DNA of 64,000 nt from Oscillospiraceae bacterium (GTDB taxonomy: Bacteria > Bacillota > Clostridia > Oscillospirales > JAGBHD01). Below, in pieces: positions 46,199 to 55,300 of this stretch. Each line of letters begins with the position of its first letter. Position 1 is the first letter of the stretch. The stretch covers positions 390 through 64,389 of the forward strand of contig JAGBHD010000012.1 of the NCBI GenBank assembly GCA_018110785.1, given 5' to 3'. The notes below the pieces were generated by a model, which did not search any database, had not been told where the DNA came from, and worked only from the letters and a program-made list of their open reading frames with translations. The position numbers were made by a program, and so were the translations under genes.

Positions 46199-47887
46199 TT
46201 ATTCAACATTTAATGTCATAAGTTCTTGAAGGCTGGTAATGCCTTTGAATACCAAACTGCGGCAGGATTTCCAAAGAGGAGTCATACCGTTTTCAACCGC
46301 AAGCTTGCGAAGAACATCAAGATTTCTCTCATTCATTGCGGCATTCTTCATAGCATCGTTCATATACATAACCTCATGAACGGCTATTCTTCCTTTATAA
46401 CCCGTATTATTGCAGAACTGACAGCCCTGAGGTCTTGCAATACTTATCGGCTCGGTAATACCGAGGATTTCCATCTCTTTGGCGTTAGTTCTTCCTTTCT
46501 TTTTACACGCGGGGCAAAGGCGTTTTACCAAGCGCTGTGCGATAACACCAACAAGCGCATCAGCAACCAAATAGTTATCAACGCCCATATCTTCTAAGCG
46601 GAGAATTGCTCCCGGCGCATCGTTTGTATGAAGGGTGCTGAAAACAATATGTCCTGTAATAGCGGAACGTACCGCTATTTCCGCTGTTTCTTCATCTCGT
46701 ATCTCGCCTATCATAATAATATCGGGGTCCTGACGGAGAATAGAACGAAGAGCCGCCGCAAAGGTCATATTTGCTTTGGTATTAACCTGAGTTTGGTTTA
46801 TGCCCGGCATCGTAAGCTCGACGGGGTCTTCTACGGTAACAATATTAACCGTTGGGTTATTTACCTCTTTTAAGAAGGAATAAAGGGTTGTTGACTTACC
46901 GCAGCCCGTAGGACCTGTTAGCAAAATAATACCATGCGGACGGGCAAGCATTTTATCTACAACAACATTTTCAGCCTCGGTAAAACCAAGATCCGCTCTT
47001 GTAAAATGGAAAGAGGTTTTATCAAGTACACGGATAACAAATTTTTCTCCGAATACCGTTGGCAAGGTTGAAACACGGAAATCAAACTCTTTGCCGCCGA
47101 TAATCATATTGATACGACCGTCTTGCGGAACTCTGCGCTCTGCGATATTAAGACCTGACATAATTTTTAATCGAGCGCATATAGCCGAATAGGCTTCAAT
47201 CGGAAATTCTGCACGATTCTGCAAATCCCCGTCGATACGATATCTAACCTTAACAATCTTTTCAAAAGGCTCTATATGAATATCGCTGGCTCTATAGGGA
47301 ATAGCCTCTTTTATAATAGAATCTACTAATCTAACGGCAGGATTATTGATAACATCGCTATCGCTTTCTGCGCTCTGAGCACCTTTTTGCAAAAATCTAA
47401 GCTGTTTTTCTGCCTTTTCGGTATTTAGGTCGTTGAGAGCTTCTGTTGTTGAAATAACCGCCGCTATTGAATCTACATATCTATCTATCTGAACAGGCGG
47501 GACTAATATGTAATCGCATTTACCGCCAAACTGAACAGACAGTGCCGATATCGTATGGCTATCAAGAGGTTTTGCGGTTGCAACGAGAAGCAAACCGTTT
47601 TTATCAAAGCTAATAGGAATTATCTTATGCTTCTTCATAAAATCGAAGGTAAATAGATCAAAAAGCTCTTTATCTATATCGAGCATATCGATCTCGACAT
47701 AGGGCATACAGTAATACTCTGCTAATGCCTCCAGCTCCATTATTTCAGTTACAACTTCTTTAGCCAAAAGATAGTCGCGCACACCAACATTAAGTCGATT
47801 ACATTCAGCAAGAATTTCATCAACATCTTTTCGCTTAACTAACTTTTTATACACATAAAACTGCAATAATTCATAGTTTGTATTCAC
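46199..47887 (-). CDS. pilB: Type IV pilus assembly ATPase (PilB/GspE family)
   Basis: T2SSE N-terminal domain, Walker A GPTGCGKST, DPDIIMIGEIRD, tetracysteine CPAC...CQFC. Confidence 0.93.
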   Translation of the reverse strand: MNTNYELLQFYVYKKLVKRKDVDEILAECNRLNVGVRDYLLAKEVVTEIMELEALAEYYCMPYVEIDMLDIDKELFDLFTFDFMKKHKIIPISFDKNGLLLVATAKPLDSHTISALSVQFGGKCDYILVPPVQIDRYVDSIAAVISTTEALNDLNTEKAEKQLRFLQKGAQSAESDSDVINNPAVRLVDSIIKEAIPYRASDIHIEPFEKIVKVRYRIDGDLQNRAEFPIEAYSAICARLKIMSGLNIAERRVPQDGRINMIIGGKEFDFRVSTLPTVFGEKFVIRVLDKTSFHFTRADLGFTEAENVVVDKMLARPHGIILLTGPTGCGKSTTLYSFLKEVNNPTVNIVTVEDPVELTMPGINQTQVNTKANMTFAAALRSILRQDPDIIMIGEIRDEETAEIAVRSAITGHIVFSTLHTNDAPGAILRLEDMGVDNYLVADALVGVIAQRLVKRLCPACKKKGRTNAKEMEILGITEPISIARPQGCQFCNNTGYKGRIAVHEVMYMNDAMKNAAMNERNLDVLRKLAVENGMTPLWKSCRSLVFKGITSLQELMTLNVE

Positions 47888-47902
47888 GTTTTATCACCCT
47901 TT

Positions 47903-49117
47903 TTATACTTGAAGTCCATTCATAATGGAAAGCATTGGCGAATATATCGCCACAAAAAGCGTTCCGATAACTGCGCCCATAATACAAAGCATAATAGGCT
48001 GAATTTTATTAGTCATTGAATTAAGAGAGGTTTCAACCTGTGCATCAAAAAATTTGCAAGAGCGCATCAAAACATCGTCAAGTTCATTTGTTTTTTCACC
48101 AATCGTTACCATTTGAATCATCATCGGAGGGAATAGCTTATAGCTTTCGAAAGCATTTGTAAGCGACATACCACCTCGGACAGCCTCGGTTGCCTGATGA
48201 AATTTTTTGGTAAGATATCTGTTACCAATAACAATTTCGGTTGCATACATTGCTTCGTTTAGATCCATACCGCTGGAGAGCAAAAGCGCAAAGGCACGGG
48301 CAAAACGCGAGGTTATCATATTTATCTGTACTGTTTTTATAATGGGGATATTCAGCTTTAACACATCTAATATGTATTTTCCGACTTCAGTACTCATAAA
48401 TAAAACTAATACTAAGCCTATAACAACGATAACTGCCAATATATAAAGCCAATTCGCCAACATGAAATCTGAAATAAAGAATATAGCCGCCGTAAGCCCC
48501 GTTACCTCAACATTTAATTCATCTAAGGTTTCTCGGAATGTAGGAACTACAAACAGCATCATCAATACGACAATTGCAACCGTCATACAGGCTAAAAGCG
48601 CGGGATATGATAAAGCGCTTTTTACTTTTCTTTTAAGCCCCGTATCGGTTTCATAATAATCGGCGAGTGCGGTTAAAACTATATCAAGCTTTCCGCTCAA
48701 CTCTCCGATATTTATCATACTGCGGAAAAAATCGGGAAACACTTTTGCATGCTTATTAAGGGCTTCATAAAGCATCATCCCTGATTGAACGTCTTCATAT
48801 ATTACAGTAATTATATTTTTAAAATATCTCGAAAATGGTTGAACCTTTAAAATATCCAAACAATCGAGAATCGGAATATGAGTATTGAGCATTATTGCAA
48901 ACTGACGGCAAAAGGTATTAAGCTCTGCAATAGGAACCTTTCCTGTACCAAGAGTGAAAAATGCTGATGGGGTTGCACCCGAATATGGTCTTGCGGATAC
49001 AAGAAACAAGCTTTGTCTGGCAAGCTGCTGGGCTAAATCATCTTCATTATTGGCAATAAAAATACCTTTGATTTTCTTATTTTCCAAATTTACCGCCGTA
49101 TATTTGAATTTCTGCAA
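47903..49117 (-). CDS. pilC: Type IV pilus platform protein (PilC/GspF family)
   Basis: Duplicated GspF domain, 3 TM segments, 404 aa. Confidence 0.92.
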   Translation of the reverse strand: MQKFKYTAVNLENKKIKGIFIANNEDDLAQQLARQSLFLVSARPYSGATPSAFFTLGTGKVPIAELNTFCRQFAIMLNTHIPILDCLDILKVQPFSRYFKNIITVIYEDVQSGMMLYEALNKHAKVFPDFFRSMINIGELSGKLDIVLTALADYYETDTGLKRKVKSALSYPALLACMTVAIVVLMMLFVVPTFRETLDELNVEVTGLTAAIFFISDFMLANWLYILAVIVVIGLVLVLFMSTEVGKYILDVLKLNIPIIKTVQINMITSRFARAFALLLSSGMDLNEAMYATEIVIGNRYLTKKFHQATEAVRGGMSLTNAFESYKLFPPMMIQMVTIGEKTNELDDVLMRSCKFFDAQVETSLNSMTNKIQPIMLCIMGAVIGTLFVAIYSPMLSIMNGLQV

Positions 49118-49135
49118 AATTATTTGCTCCTTTCT

Positions 49136-49942
49136 TTACATCAGCGCGCCGCGCACAAACTCGATATACCACGAAACAATGATATTCCCGAAAAACATTG
49201 CTATAAGCGTTGCTACTGCGAGATAAGGCCCAAAGGGATATTCTTTTTGCTTTTCGGCATCTGATATTCTATTTAAAATTATCATAACAATCGAGCCTAC
49301 AACGGAAGCTATTAAAATTGCCAAAATGAATTTTTGCCAACCTAACAGCAAACCCGCCGCTGCCGCATATTTAACATCACCAAAGCCAAGTCCTTCTTTT
49401 TTGAGAACTAATAAAGCTCCATAATAAACACCAAGGAAAATAAGTCCGCCTGAAACTGCGCCTATAATATGATCGTACCATACTGTTTTTGTATCGAAAA
49501 ACATTGCGACAATACCGCCGAGGGCTACAATAAGCGTAAAGCGGTTGAAGATAAGCATATGCTCTAAATCAATAAAGAATATGCAAATAAGCACCGATGA
49601 AACAATTGCCATAGCGCAGGCATAAATAATGCTTATATTCCAAAAAATCGCAATAGAAAGCAACCAAAAAACTGCATTAGCAAGCTCTACTATCATATAG
49701 CGCGGAGATATTTTAGTTTTGCATTTTCTGCATTTTCCGCCAAGGAAAAGATAGGAAAGGACAGGTATATTATCATACCATTTGAGGCTGTAATCGCAGG
49801 CTGTACAATGCGAGGGAGGAGATGCAAGACTCATATTATTCGGAAGCCGATATATTACAACATTGAGAAAGCTACCGACGCACAATCCTAAAATTCCGCC
49901 AATAATATATATACATAGCTTTAAAAATAATTCTTCAGTCAT
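49136..49942 (-). CDS. pilD: Prepilin peptidase (A24 family)
   Basis: CTACDYSLKWYDNIPVLSYLFLGGKCRKC zinc motif, catalytic Asp contexts FFIDLEH and GFGDVKY. Confidence 0.92.
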   Translation of the reverse strand: MTEELFLKLCIYIIGGILGLCVGSFLNVVIYRLPNNMSLASPPSHCTACDYSLKWYDNIPVLSYLFLGGKCRKCKTKISPRYMIVELANAVFWLLSIAIFWNISIIYACAMAIVSSVLICIFFIDLEHMLIFNRFTLIVALGGIVAMFFDTKTVWYDHIIGAVSGGLIFLGVYYGALLVLKKEGLGFGDVKYAAAAGLLLGWQKFILAILIASVVGSIVMIILNRISDAEKQKEYPFGPYLAVATLIAMFFGNIIVSWYIEFVRGALM

Positions 49943-49959
49943 TATATTCTCATTTCAAA

Positions 49960-51156
49960 TTAAAAATTGTTCATTTTATTATATAGGCTTGTATGAAGAG
50001 CACCAAACAGCTCAAGTTCATCTGCTTGTTCATATAGCGGGTTGCTGATACCATCTGAAACAAGCGCCTCAAAAATAACCTTGTTTTCTTCTTTTTCCTC
50101 ATTAAGCTTATCCAAAAGGAATGCATATTCGCTTGGCATATTAACATAAACCGTATCTATAGCTCCTAAAGAGGTTATAGAGGGATTATTTGCAAGAAGG
50201 TCTAATGTCCATTTAACGAAAATTCTGAAATTCTCATATAAAAAGCCCTCTCGGTCGGTTGGAAGTTCTCTTTGCATAAACTTAGGAAGCTTTCGCGCAG
50301 CTTTTTTACCATCATATGTATTTTCTGATGGGAAAATCGGAGCATCTTCGGAATTATAAGAATTTTCTTCCTTTGCAACTTCTATCGCATCGGCATCGGT
50401 CATAATTTCTTCGCCCATCATCGTTATTTGCTTTGCTTTTGCCTTTTCTTTAGCATTAAGAACAAGCAATTCGGCGCTTGTATGGTCGAATAAGAGATCC
50501 TCTGCGGCAAGTCGGGATTTATACAAAATCGAATGTCCAAAGGGAAGAGAATAATATCCTACTGTTCTTCCTTTGTTAACGAAAGCATACTGCGCTTCAT
50601 TTTCCTTAATGTCAAGCAAGAGAAAATTTGCAGCTTTCAGCTTTTGATTTAAAGCAATAGCCGCATTAGCCGAAGCATTGGAAGCAAAGGTTATGCTTTG
50701 AACATCAATTTCATTCTCCGAGCAAACTTTTCCTATTTTTTCTAATAGATCTTTTCTGATACCAACTACTCCATAAATTGAAAACTGCTTATTTTGGGTT
50801 AAAACATATGTTTTATATTTAAGGTCGTTTCTGTTTTTATATATCGCACCGAAAGCAAGATCTAAAGATTGCTCCATAGCTCTTTTATTAAGGGCGGGTA
50901 TCTTTATTGTATCGGTTAAAAAAACATGGTTAGGCAAAATAAGCGAAACCTTGGAAAACTGAGCTACGGGATTTTTCAGCTTATAAGCCTTTATTCCCCT
51001 ATCGAGTTTTTGAAAAAACTCATCGTCAAAGGGACGCGCACGATAGTTTCCAAGCATAGTATCCTTTTGTCCGATACCATTCGATATGTCGAAAAAGCGA
51101 ACGGTTTCACTATCCGTATTTATTGCAATTGCCGCCGACATCAGCGATTCATACAT
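49960..51156 (-). CDS. PilM-like pilus assembly protein (divergent actin-like ATPase fold), tentative
   Basis: Segments resembling PilM phosphate-binding strands (VSLILPNHVFL...IPAL, LLLDIKENEAQYAFVNKG). Position is between the pilins and pilD. Confidence 0.5.
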   Translation of the reverse strand: MYESLMSAAIAINTDSETVRFFDISNGIGQKDTMLGNYRARPFDDEFFQKLDRGIKAYKLKNPVAQFSKVSLILPNHVFLTDTIKIPALNKRAMEQSLDLAFGAIYKNRNDLKYKTYVLTQNKQFSIYGVVGIRKDLLEKIGKVCSENEIDVQSITFASNASANAAIALNQKLKAANFLLLDIKENEAQYAFVNKGRTVGYYSLPFGHSILYKSRLAAEDLLFDHTSAELLVLNAKEKAKAKQITMMGEEIMTDADAIEVAKEENSYNSEDAPIFPSENTYDGKKAARKLPKFMQRELPTDREGFLYENFRIFVKWTLDLLANNPSITSLGAIDTVYVNMPSEYAFLLDKLNEEKEENKVIFEALVSDGISNPLYEQADELELFGALHTSLYNKMNNF

Positions 51157-51171
51157 TTCTATTTTCTCCTC

Positions 51172-51531
51172 TCAGCTTTTGCTCCATTTTTCAACGGTAT
51201 ATTTTCCATCTTCCATAGTAAGAACAACCGTAAGCAGAAGCTTTCCATCTTCGTCTTTAACTGTAAGATTCAAATCCTCTTCAAGAATTTCATAATCGGG
51301 ATAGGCTGAAATCCAAGAGCCATCACCCCCGACATTATCACAAAAGCTCTTGCCTATTTGCTCCGCTATAATCTCTTCTTTTAATGATTTTTCGATTTCT
51401 CCTCTTTTCTCGCTAAGCAAAAGCGATACTGTTAACAATACAATCGAAAATGAAAAGACTACCAAAAGCATTACAAGCGCCATTTCCATTGCCGCACCCT
51501 TGCGGCATTTTTTTATACTTTTAAGTTTCAT
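51172..51531 (-). CDS. Pilin-like protein with non-canonical prepilin motif
   Basis: KG/AAMEMALVMLLVV: Gly then a hydrophobic helix, but Glu at +4 rather than +5. Confidence 0.55.
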   Translation of the reverse strand: MKLKSIKKCRKGAAMEMALVMLLVVFSFSIVLLTVSLLLSEKRGEIEKSLKEEIIAEQIGKSFCDNVGGDGSWISAYPDYEILEEDLNLTVKDEDGKLLLTVVLTMEDGKYTVEKWSKS

Positions 51532-51962
51532 TCGCTTCCACCCCCAGCTTCAATTTTATAAGGGTAGGTAAAGCTTTGTATTGTATCGCCGTTTTTGTCA
51601 ACAGCGTTATATTCAAATGAAGGGGCAGAAATATCGGAATAATCTACAATTATGGTAACTTTATAGTCGTCGGTTTCCATAATATATACACCGTTTGATT
51701 TCTTTTTATAGTCTGCCGTTTTTTTAAGAGTGTTTGCAAAATTTTCTTCGCTATCTGAGAATCTGAAACACTCTATAGCGTTTTCGGCGGAATTTGCCGC
51801 CTCTAAGCTAACAATTGTTTTGTTTTCAACATTAGCGGAAATTAGCGCCGTTGTTGTTACAGCTACGCTGACAATACTTATAACCGCTATAGCTATAACT
51901 GTTTCCGCTATTGTAATTCCTCGGAGATGAGCAGGTAATTTTTTAACCCTCTTATTTTTCAT
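51528..51962 (-). CDS. Minor pilin / pseudopilin
   Basis: RG/ITIAETVIAIAVISIV class III signal with Glu+5. Confidence 0.75.
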   Translation of the reverse strand: MKNKRVKKLPAHLRGITIAETVIAIAVISIVSVAVTTTALISANVENKTIVSLEAANSAENAIECFRFSDSEENFANTLKKTADYKKKSNGVYIMETDDYKVTIIVDYSDISAPSFEYNAVDKNGDTIQSFTYPYKIEAGGGSE

Positions 51963-52480
51963 TCGCTCTCCCCCGTTTCTACAACTTCAAAGGTTTCTCC
52001 GATATGAGATTTTAAGCAAAAAATATATTCTTTTTCTTTTTCGTTTATCAAATAGGTGGCTTTGCATAAAAACATTTCGTTTTCTGCATTTGTTAATTCT
52101 TCAAACTCAAGCTTAGTAAGATATTCAACATCTGCCGACATAGATTTTCCGTCAGGCAGGGATGCTATAAATTTATTACCGCTTTTATATGCCGAATACC
52201 GTTCCTCTCCCTTTTCAGCAACAAGCGAGGAGGAATTTGCCGAAATTTCGGCATCATAAGACATTAAAGCATTAGTCCAATCTTCTAAAAGAGATTCTGT
52301 AAGGGTTAGCTCTTGTATTGCATTTAAGCGCTGCGCCGCCATTTTACTACGCGCGCTTACTAAGGAAGAAAAAGAAACAACCGATAAAGAAATAATGGTA
52401 ACCAGAGCTAAAACGATACATAGCTCTGCAATAGAAAAGCCTTTTTTCATCTTATCTATAGATAACCTTTTAAGTCCCAT
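51959..52480 (-). CDS. Minor pilin / pseudopilin
   Basis: KKG/FSIAELCIVLALVTII class III signal with Glu+5. Confidence 0.75.
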   Translation of the reverse strand: MGLKRLSIDKMKKGFSIAELCIVLALVTIISLSVVSFSSLVSARSKMAAQRLNAIQELTLTESLLEDWTNALMSYDAEISANSSSLVAEKGEERYSAYKSGNKFIASLPDGKSMSADVEYLTKLEFEELTNAENEMFLCKATYLINEKEKEYIFCLKSHIGETFEVVETGESE

Positions 52481-52510
52481 CGGTCTATTCCCCCTTATTT
52501 AGTTATTTAA

Positions 52511-52556
52511 CAAAGAACACCGCAACACCCCAAAAGGAGTTGCGGTGTTTTGTTCT
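52511..52556 (-). terminator. Probable partial terminator (attenuator) after the major pilin gene
   Basis: Arms around ACACCGCAA(C)/TTGCGGTGT with extensions. On the minus strand it is followed by TTCTTTGTT. Confidence 0.6.
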
Positions 52557-52590
52557 TCCGAGTGTTTATACTAACTCATAAACAGGATTA

Positions 52591-53013
52591 TTAAGCGAAT
52601 GTTGCTCCTGTAGCAGGTGCAGTTTCGCCGGTTTTCTCAACAATGTAGTAGTCATACTCAGCATAACCTTCTACCGAAGCATCAGTATTTTCAACGTCAG
52701 CGCAGCCAGCAGCAGTAGCAGCGTTGTCAGCAGAATCATAGATGGTGTCGTCCATCTGAGCATCTTTAACTGCAACATACTTGTCGTCAACCTTGATAAC
52801 GAAATCCTGAAGAGCGGTTTCGCCTTCAACATAATCAACTGCAGCTACATACATTTTGTAAGCAGCGTTAGCTTCCTGAACAACCTTGGAATCCTGAGCC
52901 TTTTTAATGATACCGGAGAAGGTAGGAATTAAAACAGCAGCAAGAATTGCAATAACAGCAATAACGATTACGAGCTCTACGATAGTAAAGCCTTTACGAG
53001 AATTCTTTTTCAT
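52591..53013 (-). CDS. pilA: Major type IV pilin (141 aa precursor)
   Basis: Start at ATG 53013 behind TAAGGAGAGA. RKG/FTIVELVIVIAVIAILAAVLIP prepilin signal with Glu+5. Confidence 0.88.
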   Translation of the reverse strand: MKKNSRKGFTIVELVIVIAVIAILAAVLIPTFSGIIKKAQDSKVVQEANAAYKMYVAAVDYVEGETALQDFVIKVDDKYVAVKDAQMDDTIYDSADNAATAAGCADVENTDASVEGYAEYDYYIVEKTGETAPATGATFA

Positions 53014-53184
53014 AATTGAATCTCTCCTTAATAATTTAAATTTTATAAATATGTTTAAGACTTTAACCGTTAGAATAATAAACCGCACTCGGAACAATTT
53101 ATAATCCTAAAACGGTTTTAATTTATATTCCCCGCGGCTTCTCTTTACGAAAAGCCGCGGAAACTAACAAAAGGTAATGCGAAT

Positions 53185-54708
53185 TTATTCTACAGATTTA
53201 GCCTCGCCGTTAACAACGATTGTTCCGCTGTGTACGAAGGTATGATCTACAGCTTCACGAACATAACCTGTTCCATAAACAACAGTTTTACCAACCGTAC
53301 TAGCATCATCATAATTGAACACTACATCTTTGCCAATAGATCTAGCCGCTAATATAACATCAGGTACATTTTCGGTATTTGCGGAAACAAGCTTAACATT
53401 TATAAGCTGGCAATCGGTATCGTGATTATATGCATCATGCTTGCTATAATCTCCGATGACCAAAGGAGCATAAGGAATCTGACAACCTGAACCCCAATAA
53501 GGAATATCAGCAGCAGACTGATTATAGTTGAAATATTCACAAGATGTATTAAGTCCGGGGCTATGGCTTTTGCCTGTACCAACAGGTCCGGTATCTCCAT
53601 CTGTAGTTTTAATTGTTGTATTCTCTACTACAGCATGACCGGAACGCAAGAACAGACCCCAACCAGAACCTTCGAGCTCACAATCTGTAATATGAACATC
53701 GGAAGGTACGTTTACTAAAACTGCACAGCTATCAGCCTTTAATTCGGAATTAGATACATCTATACGGATATTGTCTGAAAATCTATTGTTTGTTGCAATA
53801 ACATATGGACCTGCACAATTGATAACACAGTCTTCAATTACAACCTCAGCCGCATCACCGGAAGGATAAATACCGGAACAATCGGCTGTATATTCAACAT
53901 CTCTTAAAATAAGATGACCGCCTGTTTCTACACCTATAGCAGTATAAGCTCCGCCGGGAGTGTCGTCCATAGCAATATCAATTTTACCATTAACCAATTC
54001 TAATGTTCCGTTTGTAGGAACTGTAAGATCATAATAATATCCATTAGAATGAGGTGTTTTACTAACAAGCGTACCACCGTTTAAGTCGATAGTAATATCT
54101 TTTCCTGTTCCACCATTCATGGTCATATAGTTACCAAGGAAATATAATCCACCTGCGCCTAAATCAAGAATTTCATTTTTGGGCAACTGCAGAATAGCTT
54201 TATCTTCTGAATTTTGCACAGTTTCAAGCAATGCCGCACGTAATGTTTGACCTTCAGCAGGGGTAACTACCTGAATTGCATATTCGCCTGCAAGGTCTGC
54301 CCAGTCGTTAGACGGGGTTGTAACAGTTTTATACTTCTTTTTCAGGTCGTTAGGATATGTAACAGCACCTGTCGCAGGGTCTTCTTCGTTTTTCTCCCAA
54401 AGCATAACCCTGTTGTCTGCTCCTGTCCAATAATAAACATTATTGGAATCAAGCGGAGTAAAGTCTGTAATACCATTCTCTTCAAGAATATCCTTTGCTT
54501 CAGCAACCTGAGCGGGTTTTCCATCAACTGCTTCGTCAGCTGAAAGAATAACGTTCATCTGCTGAACTATCTGCATATCTGCAGACATGTTGGCTTTTTT
54601 GATGAGACTCGAAAAGGTAGGGATTAACACTGCTGCTAAAATAGCTATAACAGCAATAACGATTACGAGCTCAACAATGGTAAAGCCGCGTTTAAATGTT
54701 TTTCTCAT
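53185..54708 (-). CDS. Large pilin (507 aa) with C-terminal beta-helix-like repeat domain
   Basis: KRG/FTIVELVIVIAVIAILAAVLIP. Start set at the second ATG (54708), 8 nt after GGAGG. The C-terminal half has ~22-25-aa periodic units (GTLELVNGKIDI, GHLILRDVEYTA, AEVVIEDCVINC, IRIDVSNSELKA, VHITDCELEG, AVVENTTIKT). Confidence 0.85.
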   Translation of the reverse strand: MRKTFKRGFTIVELVIVIAVIAILAAVLIPTFSSLIKKANMSADMQIVQQMNVILSADEAVDGKPAQVAEAKDILEENGITDFTPLDSNNVYYWTGADNRVMLWEKNEEDPATGAVTYPNDLKKKYKTVTTPSNDWADLAGEYAIQVVTPAEGQTLRAALLETVQNSEDKAILQLPKNEILDLGAGGLYFLGNYMTMNGGTGKDITIDLNGGTLVSKTPHSNGYYYDLTVPTNGTLELVNGKIDIAMDDTPGGAYTAIGVETGGHLILRDVEYTADCSGIYPSGDAAEVVIEDCVINCAGPYVIATNNRFSDNIRIDVSNSELKADSCAVLVNVPSDVHITDCELEGSGWGLFLRSGHAVVENTTIKTTDGDTGPVGTGKSHSPGLNTSCEYFNYNQSAADIPYWGSGCQIPYAPLVIGDYSKHDAYNHDTDCQLINVKLVSANTENVPDVILAARSIGKDVVFNYDDASTVGKTVVYGTGYVREAVDHTFVHSGTIVVNGEAKSVE

Positions 54709-54818
54709 CGTCATGTCCTCCTAATAATTAATTAAGGCAGAGCGGGAAGCTGATGCACGCCCTTTAATACTCAATCTGAGCAATTAATGCTATCCGCCCA
54801 ACTATAATTCTTGTTAAT

Positions 54819-54847
54819 ATTGTACTACTTTGTAAAAATGTTGTCAA
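54819..54847 (-). promoter_or_regulatory. Putative pilus operon promoter (TTGACA-17-TACAAT)
   Basis: Minus strand reads TTGACA (54847-54842), a 17-nt spacer, then TACAAT (54824-54819). Confidence 0.6.
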
Positions 54848-54854
54848 CATTTTT
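54834..54854. promoter_or_regulatory. Perfect 21-bp palindrome AAAAATGTTG-T-CAACATTTTT overlying the -35, candidate operator
   Basis: 10-bp arms centred on 54844. The 10-mer TTGTCAACAT recurs at 54953-54962. Confidence 0.6.
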
Positions 54855-55016
54855 TTCACAATTAGATACTATATTAATGTTTTTATGCCTAAATACATAT
54901 AAAAAGACCCCTTTCTTCTTTATAAAATTTATTTTAACACATAAGTATTCAATTGTCAACATATGTATTCAATAGTTTTGCCATCTTAGAATAGAATATA
55001 TAATAGAGGTGAGAAT

Positions 55017-55256
55017 ATGTATATTCCTATGCTGGATTCTCAAAAGGTTGGAAAAGTTATTGCTTCTTTCAGGAAGCAGCGAGGTATGTCGCAAGAAGTT
55101 TTAAGTGGTCTTGCCGATATAGGAAGAAGCCACTTAAGCGCAATTGAACGAGGAGAGCGAAAACCAACTTTAGAAACATTTTACAGAATATGCGGTGCTC
55201 TTAATCTTAAAATGAGCACCGTTATTATAAAATTAGAAGAAGATTTGGAAAAATAA
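55017..55256 (+). CDS. Small XRE-family HTH regulator (79 aa), divergent from the pilus operon
   Basis: RKQRGMSQEVLSGLADIGRSHLSAIERGERKPTLETF HTH. AGAGGTGAG RBS. Confidence 0.85.
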   Translation: MYIPMLDSQKVGKVIASFRKQRGMSQEVLSGLADIGRSHLSAIERGERKPTLETFYRICGALNLKMSTVIIKLEEDLEK

Positions 55257-55258
55257 AA

Positions 55259-55300
55259 CAAAGACCTCATTGGGAAGAAAATCCCAATGAGGTCTTTGTT
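55259..55300. terminator. Bidirectional terminator (15-bp stem)
   Basis: AAGACCTCATTGGGA-AGAAAA-TCCCAATGAGGTCTT then TGTTTT. Confidence 0.9.

Noticed and set aside
43178-54854. Pilus block as a recently acquired genomic island
   Set aside because: I saw no integrase, tRNA-adjacent att repeat or flanking direct repeats. The composition looks only slightly more AT-rich by eye and I could not quantify it, so I make no island claim.
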